Source: an uncultured candidatus Porisulfidus sp. (lineage in GTDB: Bacteria; Pseudomonadota; Gammaproteobacteria; Poriferisulfidales; Poriferisulfidaceae). From it: 64,000 nucleotides of DNA. The notes under the pieces were generated by a model, which worked only from the letters and a program-made list of their open reading frames with translations, ran no database searches and was not told the DNA's origin. Shown piece after piece: positions 21,201 to 29,965 of the stretch (position 1 is the stretch's first letter; each line of letters opens with the position of its first letter). Position numbers and translations under genes: made by a program. Location of the stretch: contig OZ220480.1 of assembly GCA_965116025.1 (NCBI GenBank), positions 1,568,001-1,632,000 of the forward strand, read 5' to 3'.

Positions 21201-21709
21201 CGTACACGCGTTTCGAGGATGTCGATTTGAGTTCGGAGGCGCGCGGGATGGTGGCGTCCGGTCTGGACGGAGAGGGTCACGCGATCGGCGTGGAGGTCGG
21301 CAGGCGGCTGGAGATGGACGGCTTCGCGCTGGTTCCGCGCGGGGGATTGACGTGGACTTGGGTGGATGTCGATGGCTTTGACGACGTGTCGGGCGTTGCT
21401 GGGAGCGGTCGGGCGTCGTTTCGCTCGGAGGACAGTTTCAAGGCGCGGATCGGGGTACTGTTGGAGAACGGCCAGACGTACGCCTCTCTGGATGTGGAGC
21501 ATGAGTTGTCGGAGGATCGCGCCGTGATGGCGTCGGGAGCGCGTTTGCGCTCGGAGGTGGAGTCTACGTGGGCGCGCGTGGGCGTTGGGGGCGTGATGAT
21601 CTTGGATGAGAAGGGAGAGTCGACGCTGTCGGGTGACGCTCACTACGCGGCGTCGGACGGCGACAATCACGATTACGGCGCGAGCGTCCTGCTGAGGGTT
21701 CGCTTCTGA
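18206..21709 (+). CDS. Type Va autotransporter, probable adhesin
   Basis: Long signal peptide ending SAEA, G/T/D/V-rich beta-helix-like passenger, C-terminal beta-barrel ending LLRVRF. Confidence 0.9.
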   Translation: MIKSPSVSKIRAALRVASSSSRVRGGGGGHSLRFLTVLAGLTAVLSIPLIPSSAEAGTTGNCGTPSTNAITCGDASYTKDDGSPIKYEGRTGGLTLTVKPSGASTVTITATKLPATPSEAFPGIHLDGEGTLKVLLDGAVKVVNGATRTTVEATYEGETETFIHPDHKLGSQNDGVYVAYDKDDDQGTTEGMVEVMVGKDAMIGSATAPAGRYGVHAAFVDVDGDENYPAGKLKVTNAGEIYGHYAGIYAKHDGKGDIEIKTAEGSVTSMGIRAISNKADRAKRGGSVTIRHHGRIVVKNPVRYLDSLKTNALTTTTPLAADKADSSNRIRGGVYVEHRDEPETATKEPSSSILIESSGDIDVVADPVHSIGVNGIVVATYGNEKSVVPVTVDVTGGTITAGDQGKNSRGSGIYVYSYGHDGGLIKVDLAGEIARTGGTGDGIRIYQDGDPTDTTDVNQDIEVTLKSGARIGMEGDEPTVGRHGVSVDQRVPGGATKVSVSEGARIGTEGTPVGVHGVYAVSDSPDDEGAITITNEGYIHAKGSGVVALHMGWDDVVVKHLAGEIVAGDAPDILDRFSEDDKPKLAGLKGRTAGILAIHLSSEPKPLPGKEFSFGDPSTYTTEIGEIKITSKADITSKGDGILAYVKDFDDVGGRRAKMIVPITIDASGGTITADGHGVYAETATTYDDATEAGKIEVTVGEMATIRAKKDGVHVKGMRTFASDHARKGQYDQTVTINGKVMGGGGDHAGVRMVKGGTLVIGSGGPEARLGATSGVAVHADGALTITMSKTADGRIGWVVGKIQNGDSADTTFAGVEVGKTYLLQDWKETKGIFDTTIERKVTLREYADEDYHEFELVSQEEIVREYHDRARVYEALPSVLLEMSAPVGRQARLSATRDGGGAWARVLASDGEREAETSTTAMDTAGHDLSWDFERWGVETGFVVPTDAPGLMLGVSAHYRDGEADVERGGKIEVSGVGVGASATWRGEDGWYADGELSYTRFEDVDLSSEARGMVASGLDGEGHAIGVEVGRRLEMDGFALVPRGGLTWTWVDVDGFDDVSGVAGSGRASFRSEDSFKARIGVLLENGQTYASLDVEHELSEDRAVMASGARLRSEVESTWARVGVGGVMILDEKGESTLSGDAHYAASDGDNHDYGASVLLRVRF
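18276..18292 (+). repeat. G17 homopolymer tract in the autotransporter signal-peptide coding region
   Basis: GTAA-G17-CATAG, read as R-G5 in the current (ON) frame. Confidence 0.9.
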
Positions 21710-21726
21710 TCGACTTGTGATCGCGA

Positions 21727-21747
21727 CCCCGGCGTTTCAAGCCGGGG
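21727..21747 (+). terminator. Stem-loop after the autotransporter
   Basis: CCCCGGC-gtttcaa-GCCGGGG shortly after the stop; no clear U-tract. Confidence 0.4.
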
Positions 21748-22291
21748 CCGTGAATCAAATTCGAATCCGCTTCTTGCCGACGGGACGTTCCCCTTGTTGA
21801 TTTAACGATCATTCTCCGGCTCGCGTCGTGAAAGAGGGAAGGATTGACGCGGGCTGGATTTTGGAGGAGAAGCGTTTTGGCAGGTTGTACGAGTGATTCC
21901 GCCAACCTGCCGGAGAATCGGGATTTTCGATCAATGCCAAGGGTTCTGGCGATGTGGAGGATGCCTTTCGAGTTAGCGCGATTTTTGGGTACGGCTGATT
22001 TCCTAATGGACCCCGAACTCGTTCGGACGTGATCGCGTGAGAACCGGACGCGCGGACGGCGGTTATCGAGAGCTTGGCCATTTCAGATATCCGCCGTGAT
22101 CAAGGCGAACCAGTCAACTTTCTCCGTTCCGACCTATGTCCGCAGACGCTTCCGCTTTCCTGTTCAACAGACTCGAAGGCGTTTCGCGTCAACAGCTGAG
22201 CCGGATTGCCGGCTCGATCACGTTTCAGCCTATCTCACCCACCTCCGTCCGAAGCGATTTTTCCCAGAGTGTCGTCTTCGAAGGACAGGGT

Positions 22292-22729
22292 ATGATGAGC
22301 GGCAAGGTGGCGCGCCCAATGTTTCGTTCCATGATTGAGGCCGAAGACGCTTTCTACGATGCGTTCGCCCGGCAGGATGTCGATGCCATGATGAAAGTGT
22401 GGGCGGCGGATCGCTCCATTCTCTGTATTCATCCAGGTGGCCCCTTGTTGACTGGGCGCGCCGAAATCGAGGAGAGCTGGAGGCAGATCTTTCAGGCGGA
22501 AACACCGTTCCGCTTTGAGCGAGAGTATCGCTATCGGGACGAATTCGCCGACCGGTTCGCCGTCAGCCATCTAGCCGAAACCCTGTACCTGCGTCAACAC
22601 GTCGTCGGTATCGTGCTGGCGACTAATATTTATCGTGGGGACGATGAGGGCTGGCGGATGATCATGCATCATGCCTCGCCTTCACCCGGCCCGGACGGGC
22701 CAGAGCCGGAAGTTCCTGTTCTGCACTGA
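22292..22729 (+). CDS. SnoaL/NTF2-like family protein
   Basis: EAEDAFYDAF..DVDAMMKVW, CIHPGG, ATNIY..GWRMIMHHAS; start uncertain. Confidence 0.85.
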   Translation: MMSGKVARPMFRSMIEAEDAFYDAFARQDVDAMMKVWAADRSILCIHPGGPLLTGRAEIEESWRQIFQAETPFRFEREYRYRDEFADRFAVSHLAETLYLRQHVVGIVLATNIYRGDDEGWRMIMHHASPSPGPDGPEPEVPVLH

Positions 22730-22804
22730 TCCGGCTCTTCACAGGAGCGTTTTGGGCAAGTGATCGATCTTGGCCCCTGAAGAATTTCCCCGGCGGGGCC
22801 CCGT

Positions 22805-23845
22805 TCAGTCGAGCTTCACGCCGAGCGCGTCCAGAGCTTGGCGTTGCGGACCGTGCGGCGTGGTCGTCATCTTGAACGACGGCGAGCTCGAGCCAACCTT
22901 GAGCATGCTTTTGTGGATGGTCGCTAGGTTGCTCATGAAGATGCGGAAATCGTCCGGCGAGGCTTTCATTCGGTCGCGTATGTGACAACACCACATGCAT
23001 GCTGCGCCAGCATGCATAGAATCGCGTAGGCGGGTGCCCGGTCAGCGACCTCGTGGAATTTCGGTCGCTCGTCAAATTCCAACATCTTGTTCAGCTCGCG
23101 GAAGGCGTGCTTGATCCGGTTAATCTCCTGGCAGATGGCCGTCGTGGCCCCTGCATCCAGCCCCGTTGGCTCGACCTCTTCCCGGAAGCGGGCTTCGGCC
23201 ATCCTTCCTAAGCCTCCTACCGGAATTATCCGATCCAGGCCGAGACGCTCTCGAAGTTGGTTGATTCGCGCTTCCGTCGAAGCGGGGTCGGTGGCGCGGT
23301 CCTCAAGCACGTCCACTGCGAGCGGGTGGCCTTCCTGGTCGTATAGAAGGCTGAATTTCATCCGAAATCTGCCTCGCCAGCGAGGCTCGAGATCCAGCGG
23401 GTCAGGGTCCCAGAAAAGGGAACGCGAATCTTCTTGACACACCGGAATCTGGTCCTTCAGATCCACTGGAGTCAGGTCGTACAGCGCCCTCGCTCCGTCC
23501 CGGAGATGGTGCTGGACCAACTCTCGCTCGATCTGTTCTTGCCACGACGGCGACCAGTTCATGGCGGCTTGAAGGTCGTCCTCGTCGATGAGGCTGAGGC
23601 CCAGCTGATCGGCCAGGACGTCGCGCTTGATTATTGGGTCCGAACTTTCGGGAGTAGCCTGGCGTGATGATCGAATTCAGGGCGCGTCTCGCTTCGGGCT
23701 AGGCCTCGTCGCTGTCCAGCAGAAGGTCCAGTCGCAGGTCGCGCAGGACGGCGATCGTCGCGGCGATGTCTCCGTATCTTCGGGAAAGAGCGCATCGGAA
23801 TCTTTGAGATTGACGATCATGGATTTGTCAGTGGATGATTTCATG
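22805..23845 (-). pseudogene. Degenerate IS1634-family transposase (internal deletions, frameshifts, stops)
   Basis: Fragments LGLSLIDEDDLQAAMNW, LYDLT, GHPLAVDVLE..TDP, GLDRIIPVGGLG, RPKFHEVADR..AILCMLA, FKMTTTPHGPQRQALDALGV follow the IS1634 layout. Confidence 0.8.
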
Positions 23846-24002
23846 AATGTGAAGCGTAATAGTAAGGGTTGTTCTATAGAGACATAGATCCTTGGCTTCG
23901 GATTGATTGCCGAATTAGCCAGAATTCACCAGAATCGGAAGGATATAGCACAGAATATTGATTCATAAAGTTTTTTTACTATCCTCTTGATCGCCTGAGT
24001 TC

Positions 24003-24032
24003 GATTAAGCCAGATTAAGCCGGGATTAAGCC
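24003..24032. repeat. Three near-tandem GATTAAGCC copies at the end of the AlbA_2 gene
   Basis: Copies at 24003, 24013 and 24024; the last contains the gene's stop codon. Confidence 0.7.
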
Positions 24033-25439
24033 AGGGGGCCCGTTCGTCTTGATTTCCAGCGAGCTCCTCGACCATGGCCGATCAATTCCGCGAATTTTTT
24101 TGACCGCAGAATGGCGAGATCTTCTCGCAAACGACGCTCATTCGCTCGCGGTCCGATCAAAGAGCGAATTTCTCGGAGGGCGAGCGCTCGCTCGGAACCT
24201 CGCAACAGTCGAAGAATCGCGTACTGTTGCTCTGTTAGATGAGTCTCGTTCCGCTGAAGCATAGAGTCGAGGTTTCGCCGGAAGCGCACGGTCACGCAGT
24301 CGTTTCTCTCTTCGATCTCGGGGTGGGGCAACCCAGCGTCGGTCGCTAGTTCCGCCATTTTGATGGTGCCGAGTCCCCATTCCTCAATGATGCCGCGCCG
24401 GTGGAAGGTCCTGGAGATTAGAGGATTCCAGGGCTTCGATTCATGCGGGATGAACAGGTCGTCTGGCGTGAGCCCGAAATGCAGCGGGCCAGCCGACGTG
24501 ATCTCTAGCCGGTCGTCGTAAACCGCGAGTCCGATGGAGCCACCACTGATGGCGTAGTCGTGGTGACAAATAGCGTTGGCCACCGCTTCTCGTATCGCCA
24601 TGAAAGGGTAGAGCGGCTCATCGATACGGGTGAATTGGTCTGGCGCGAAGCGGCTGGTGATGGGGATGGTCTCGCGCAGGAATCGCTCGGCGTGGGAAAG
24701 CAACGCGAAGGCGTTGCCTACGAACTGGCGGTTGTCGAGGAATCTCGAGCGATCAAGACCCCGGAACCGGGCGACGCGGAGCAGGCACTGCGGCATGTCG
24801 GACTCGATGCGCTCCTCGCTTCCGAACAGCGCCGTGGCCGCCCGCGACAGGGCCCCGTCGTGAAGCAGCCCAAGCTTTCGTAGCAAATCTTCCGGATCGC
24901 GGGAGCCCGGCTCATCCAGACGACCGACGCGCGCTGCGTCGGCGACCATGTTCTGGATTTCCGCCACATCCAGATCCTTGACCGACCATCCGTCGGCAGG
25001 TTGGTTTTCCCACCGCCGCTCGCCGTGCATGCGCTCGAAAAGAATACGGTGGTATTCGTCGGTGGACATGGTCCGTGTAGCGTTGCCGACGCGTCGATAG
25101 GCGACGCCGCGATACCGGTATGGCGCCGAGCCGCCGGGGCGTACGTGAACAGCGATCACTTCCCGCGTTCCATCCAAGCGAATTCTCTCGATCTCCGGGA
25201 ACGCGGGAGGATCGATTCTCTGGATTTCGGCGCTCACTTCCTCAATCGTCCGCTCGCCGACATGCTGACCCACGACGTTCCCGTCAGGGTCGATGCCGAA
25301 GAGCACGAGGCCACCCTTATGATTGAGCATGGCGCAGGCCGTCGCCACGGCCTCCCGCCGCGTTCCTGTGGTGGTCTTGAACTCGAGTTCGCCCAACTCC
25401 CCGGACGCGGCCCATCGTTTCGACCTGCTCAGGAGTCAT
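24026..25439 (-). CDS. AlbA_2/Schlafen-like domain + RecG-C-like ATP-binding domain + C-terminal HTH; +1 frameshift near the N-terminus
   Basis: LEFK..ACAMLNHKGGLVLFGI, REAVANAICHHDY, DRLEITSAG, IEEWGLG; ATG 25439 (MTPEQVE) is 1 nt out of frame with the 24026-25396 ORF. Confidence 0.8.
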
Positions 25440-25643
25440 GAATCATCGCTTTCGTGCAGGCTCGCCACCCGCGCGGCTCCAAGGTCTCGCTATCGGTCTT
25501 GGAGCGATGATATCGGTTCGCGCGCGCGTCTTTCATGGCAAGCATAAGATTATCGCGCTCCCTGATGATTCTGGCTAAACAAGAGAACGAATATCATAAA
25601 AAATTCAATTTCATCAACTGCATAAATAAATTCTCAAAATTTT

Positions 25644-26816
25644 TTAATAAGAATTCTCATCCAAGGACCGTAGCCCTTTCCGGTAGAGCTCTCGCGCGGC
25701 CTCGCTCTCGCCCATCCGCTCCAGGGTCTCCGCCAGTTCCCGATACAGCATGGGGCTTCCGCGCACTTTCTCCGCCACCTCCAGCTGCTCCCGGGCCTCC
25801 GAGAACTGGTCCAAGCGGTTATGCAGTCGCGCCAGAGCGATTCTCAGTGAAACGCGGTCTGGATCCCGTTCCAGCCATTTCCGGACTTTCTTGATCATGC
25901 TCGGGTTAACAGGGCCAGGAATCGTTCCGTACAGATCGATCACCGCATCGTCGAGACGCTTGTCCAGCGTCTCGCGCAGGTGTTGCTCCAACTCTGGATG
26001 CGACAGCCCAAGCTCTCGGAGCCGCCCAGCGTAGTGGCGCAAGACTTCCGGATCGTCGCGCGCTTCCCCGAGTTTTGGCCACAAAGACTTCAATTCCACT
26101 TCCCCGGCGTCCTCGCACAGATGGCGGGCGGCGTCGCGCAGCCATTCTTGGGTTTCGGCCCGCGGCGAATTCTCGCGCCGCGCCCGCTCGCGTCCCAGCT
26201 CGAGCAGTCGCTCCCAGCCGCGCAATTCCCGATAGCAACGCGCCAGTTGCCTCGGGATCCGAGGATCGTCCGGACGATCACCCGCCAGCACCTGCAGGAC
26301 GGCCAGAGCCTCCTCCCATTCTTCCGCGGCGATCAGGCCATCCGCCTTGAGCCGGACGCTCGCCGCCTGGCTGTCGGGATCCGTGAGGGAGAGCAGGTGC
26401 GCTTTCCATGCGTCCCGGTCGCCGGACCGAATGCAGGCTGATGCGGCCAGCAGGCGAAGAATCTCCCGCCCCGATTCCATTCGCGCCGCCCGCTCCAGGC
26501 TCTGCCGCGCGCTCTCCGGGCGATCTTCCAGAAGTTCGCGCAGACCCCGCGCGAGCAGGGCGTCGACGCGGGCGCGGCGGCGCTCTCGGTATCGCTTCCG
26601 GACGCGTCGCGGGGTCTCTAGCGCCCGCGCCAGCGCTCCCACGAGGGTAAGCGCCCCGAAGACCGTCGCGATGCCGAGCAGCAGAGCCATCAGCAGAGAG
26701 GCTCGGATCGTGCGGTCGCCCACATGCGCGATAACCTCGCCACCCTGGATTTGGGTGGTCCAGACAGCCAGACCGGTCACGAGCAACGCCACGAAGATCA
26801 GCGCCAGGGCTTTCAT
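25644..26816 (-). CDS. hemY: HemY-like membrane-anchored TPR protein
   Basis: Two N-terminal TM segments then helical repeats; fourth gene of a hemC-D-X-Y operon. Confidence 0.75.
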   Translation of the reverse strand: MKALALIFVALLVTGLAVWTTQIQGGEVIAHVGDRTIRASLLMALLLGIATVFGALTLVGALARALETPRRVRKRYRERRRARVDALLARGLRELLEDRPESARQSLERAARMESGREILRLLAASACIRSGDRDAWKAHLLSLTDPDSQAASVRLKADGLIAAEEWEEALAVLQVLAGDRPDDPRIPRQLARCYRELRGWERLLELGRERARRENSPRAETQEWLRDAARHLCEDAGEVELKSLWPKLGEARDDPEVLRHYAGRLRELGLSHPELEQHLRETLDKRLDDAVIDLYGTIPGPVNPSMIKKVRKWLERDPDRVSLRIALARLHNRLDQFSEAREQLEVAEKVRGSPMLYRELAETLERMGESEAARELYRKGLRSLDENSY

Positions 26817-27790
26817 CGGTTCGGCGCCAAGTTTCGGGTTAGTTGCTCGAAATCAATGGAAGGCGGGAACGGATTCCGCTCGCGCAACTCCTCCAAATCG
26901 CGCTTCAGCGCCGGATAGCTGTCCTTGAGCGCAGGTTGCGAAAGCAAGGTCAGGACTCGCTCCAAAGATTGCATGTAGGAATCGGAGCGGTGGGATTGCA
27001 AGGCGAGACGCGCCAAGTACAGTTCGGTTTGCGCGGCATGCAGGGTTAGGATGTGCTGGTAGGCCGAAATGGTCCGCACCGCCTCGGGCGCGCCGCGTCG
27101 CGTTTCCAGATGCTCGTCGAAATGCTCGACGAGGGAATCCCAGATACGGTCCCAGCCGCTGGCGGGAAGGGTCCGGTTCTGTCGCTCGACTTCCGTCCGC
27201 AACTGCGCGGCTCTCTCGCTCAGCACGAGCCAGCTCCCGGTCAGGATGCGGTGCGCGTGTTCCGCCTCCTCGCCTCGATAGCCCTCCAAGGTCGCGATCG
27301 CCTGGTCCACCTGCTGTATCAGGGTGTGGTAGTGAACCGGATCCAGGGACTCCAGAGCTTGCCGGGCTTGGCGCAGGGCGCTCAGCGTGCCGAGAGAGTC
27401 TTGGAGATAGTTTTGCTTGTACCGCGCGATCTGCAACAGGAAAGAGAGCTCCTCGACAGGATATTGGCGCGGGTCTGGCGCGGTCGAGATCGGGGCCAGT
27501 TTTCGTCGTAGCAGGGTCTCGTAGGTCGTGTAGCGGATTCGCAACTCTTCCAGGAACTGGTCCACCAGGGCCTGGGTTCGAACTTGCTCCTCAGAGATGC
27601 CGGTCAGGCGCCGATCGACCTCCATCAGCGCTTGGTGCGCCGATTTGTGGGTCTCGATCTGGCGGTCGCGCAACTCCAGGAAACGAGTTTGATTGTCAGT
27701 CCACAGCGCGTGCAGAAGAACGCCGCCCGCGATCAGGCCCAGCCAGCCGATCAGACCGACGGCGACGCCTAGTCGCGTGGCGCGGTTCAT
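26813..27790 (-). CDS. hemX: HemX-like membrane-anchored coiled-coil protein
   Basis: N-terminal TM, coiled coil, ELSFLLQIA and ARLALQ motifs; lies between hemD and hemY. Confidence 0.7.
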   Translation of the reverse strand: MNRATRLGVAVGLIGWLGLIAGGVLLHALWTDNQTRFLELRDRQIETHKSAHQALMEVDRRLTGISEEQVRTQALVDQFLEELRIRYTTYETLLRRKLAPISTAPDPRQYPVEELSFLLQIARYKQNYLQDSLGTLSALRQARQALESLDPVHYHTLIQQVDQAIATLEGYRGEEAEHAHRILTGSWLVLSERAAQLRTEVERQNRTLPASGWDRIWDSLVEHFDEHLETRRGAPEAVRTISAYQHILTLHAAQTELYLARLALQSHRSDSYMQSLERVLTLLSQPALKDSYPALKRDLEELRERNPFPPSIDFEQLTRNLAPNR

Positions 27791-28560
27791 GTGGCGCGCG
27801 CCTTCGCGAAGTGTCGGATCAGAGCGTCGATCATGGCATCGTCCCCGGGATTGTCGGCGATTTCCGCAAGGGCAGTGTAGCCGAGTTTTCGGCAGGCGGT
27901 GGCGATTCGCGCGTTGCCGGCGATGAGCGCGCTCTCCTGAAGCATGGAAGCCTCGTCTTTCGCGACGCATCGCAGAAGATTCTCGGCGACCTCCACGCTA
28001 GTGACGCAGATCGCTTCCGGTCGCCCGCCCGGCATCGCCGTGAAGGACAGCGCGCGGGTTGGAGGATCTCGCCGATAGACCTCAAGATACCGCGTGTCGG
28101 CGCCTCTCCGCCTCATTTCTTCGGCCAGCGTCTCGCGTCCGCCTCGCCCGCGAGCGATGATGACGCGCTGGCGCTCGAGTTCCCGCAGATCGGGCATGGA
28201 CAGCAGAGCTTCGCTGTCGTGCGGGGGAGGGGCGACGAGCTCTGGCTTCAAGCCGAGCTCCCGCAGGGTCCGAGCCGTGGCCGGGCCAATGGCGGCGATC
28301 TTGGTGGAATGAGGGACGATCCGCGTCAGCGAATCCGGGCCCGACGCGAGGCCCCGCGCCGCGTTGGCGCTCGCGAAGACGAGGATCGTCGCCCGCGCGA
28401 GCGTGGCCAGCGCCGCCCGGTTCGGAGGAAGCAAGGTGACGCGGATGGCGGGGAAGTGGGCGATCTTCGCCCCGCTCGCGCGCAACCGGTCCGTGATCGG
28501 CCCGACCTGTCCCTCTGGGCGGGTCAGCAGAATTCGGTGGCCCGCGAGCGCGGCGTTCAT
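27787..28560 (-). CDS. hemD: Uroporphyrinogen-III synthase
   Basis: ILLTRP, FASANA, AIGPATA, DSEALL, RGRGGRETL, EVYRR. Confidence 0.95.
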   Translation of the reverse strand: MNAALAGHRILLTRPEGQVGPITDRLRASGAKIAHFPAIRVTLLPPNRAALATLARATILVFASANAARGLASGPDSLTRIVPHSTKIAAIGPATARTLRELGLKPELVAPPPHDSEALLSMPDLRELERQRVIIARGRGGRETLAEEMRRRGADTRYLEVYRRDPPTRALSFTAMPGGRPEAICVTSVEVAENLLRCVAKDEASMLQESALIAGNARIATACRKLGYTALAEIADNPGDDAMIDALIRHFAKARAT

Positions 28561-29486
28561 GCGTAGCCCTCGACTCCCAGCTCGGCCAGGATGTCTGCGC
28601 CGCCCTGGTCCAGCAATCGCTTCGCGGCCCGCGCGCCGGCGGCTTCCGGCTCCCCCTCGGTCGCCGCGCGCAGGATCAGACTACCGTCCGGGCGGGCGAG
28701 GCAGGCGCGCAAGCGAATCCCTTGGGAGGAGGCGCGAGTGGCGTGGGCCGCCAAGGGGATTTGGCAACTGCCGGATAGCGCGCGGCTGACCGCGCGCTCC
28801 GCGGCCACCGCGGTGGCGGTCGCGTCGTCATGCAGCGCGGCGACCCAGGTGCGGGCGCGCGAGTGATCTTCCGCGACCTCGATGCCAAGCGCGCCTTGGC
28901 CGACCGCGGGCAGGCACTCTTCAGTGGTAAGGGTCTGGGTGATTCGCTCGTCCAGGCCCAGGCGGGCCAGACCCGCTCGAGCCAGCACGATCGCCTCGAA
29001 TTCTCCATCCCGCAGACGCTTCAGGCGAGTGCCGACGTTGCCGCGCAGGTCTCGGAATTCCAAACTTGGAAATCGCGCCCGCAACTGCGCCTTGCGTCGC
29101 AGGCTGGACGTTCCGACGCGGCCGCCCGCGGGCAGGGTCGCGAGCGTCTCGCTATGGAGGGCGATCACGCCGTCTCGGGGATCGGCGCGGGCGCAGATGG
29201 CCGCCAGCGCGAGGCCGTCCGGAAGGTCCGCCGGCACGTCCTTCATTGAGTGAACCGCGAGGTCAGCGTCGCCGGATAGCAGTCGGCGTTCCAGTTCCTT
29301 GACGAACAAGCCTTTGCCACCGATCTCGGACAGTGGCTGGTCCAGGACTTGGTCGCCCTCGGTTCGCACGCGCAACAACTCAACGTTCAGACCATGCTCC
29401 CGGGCGAGCGCGTCGGCCACCATCTCGGCCTGCCGGACGGCTAGCGGGCTGCGGCGAGTGGCGATTCGGCACAGGGAACCGCTCAT
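28557..29486 (-). CDS. hemC: Porphobilinogen deaminase
   Basis: IATRRSPLA, GGKGLFVKELE, AVHSMKDVP, GTSSLRR, LRGNVGTRL, GSCQIP. Confidence 0.98.
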   Translation of the reverse strand: MSGSLCRIATRRSPLAVRQAEMVADALAREHGLNVELLRVRTEGDQVLDQPLSEIGGKGLFVKELERRLLSGDADLAVHSMKDVPADLPDGLALAAICARADPRDGVIALHSETLATLPAGGRVGTSSLRRKAQLRARFPSLEFRDLRGNVGTRLKRLRDGEFEAIVLARAGLARLGLDERITQTLTTEECLPAVGQGALGIEVAEDHSRARTWVAALHDDATATAVAAERAVSRALSGSCQIPLAAHATRASSQGIRLRACLARPDGSLILRAATEGEPEAAGARAAKRLLDQGGADILAELGVEGYA

Positions 29487-29896
29487 GACGTTCGCGGCGT
29501 TAATCGGATGGGGCGCTCGTCCGGCGAGTACGGGCGGTCGCTCACGAACGCGATGTCCCAGCCGCCATCTTGTCGCCGACGGTATTGGATCTGCTTCAGG
29601 TCGGGCAGGGAGGAGCACGTCAGGGCCAGCGCCACGGCGGCGAGCGAATCGTCGTCGCGCTGGAGCGCCTGCGGGATCAGGCTGGCGGCCAGTTGCGCTC
29701 GCTTGAGGGAGTCCGGTCGCTCATAGCGCGCGCCGTCCACCTCGAAGCCTTCCAGAAGCTTCGCCTCCATCCGGGCGACCGCCTCGCGCTGGGCCCGACT
29801 CATGGAGACGGCACGGTCCCAGTACATCTCGAGACCGCCGTCGATCAGCACGGCGACTTTATCTTCGAAAGATGCCGGGAGGTCCGTCTGGTTCAC
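29483..29896 (-). CDS. Hypothetical protein translationally coupled to hemC
   Basis: GTG start; globular-looking 137-aa product (LEMYWDR..RMEAKLLEGFEVDG..LPDLKQI); stop overlaps the hemC ATG. Confidence 0.65.
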   Translation of the reverse strand: MNQTDLPASFEDKVAVLIDGGLEMYWDRAVSMSRAQREAVARMEAKLLEGFEVDGARYERPDSLKRAQLAASLIPQALQRDDDSLAAVALALTCSSLPDLKQIQYRRRQDGGWDIAFVSDRPYSPDERPIRLTPRTS

Positions 29897-29965
29897 GCGG
29901 GAGGCCGGGGTTCGCGAGAGGATGCGCGCGCTAGCATAAAATAGCGCCAAACTCGTGGGAGCGAC

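Noticed and set aside
18206-21709. Diversity-generating retroelement or shufflon acting on the autotransporter
   Set aside because: No reverse transcriptase, template/variable repeat pair or invertase seen in the window
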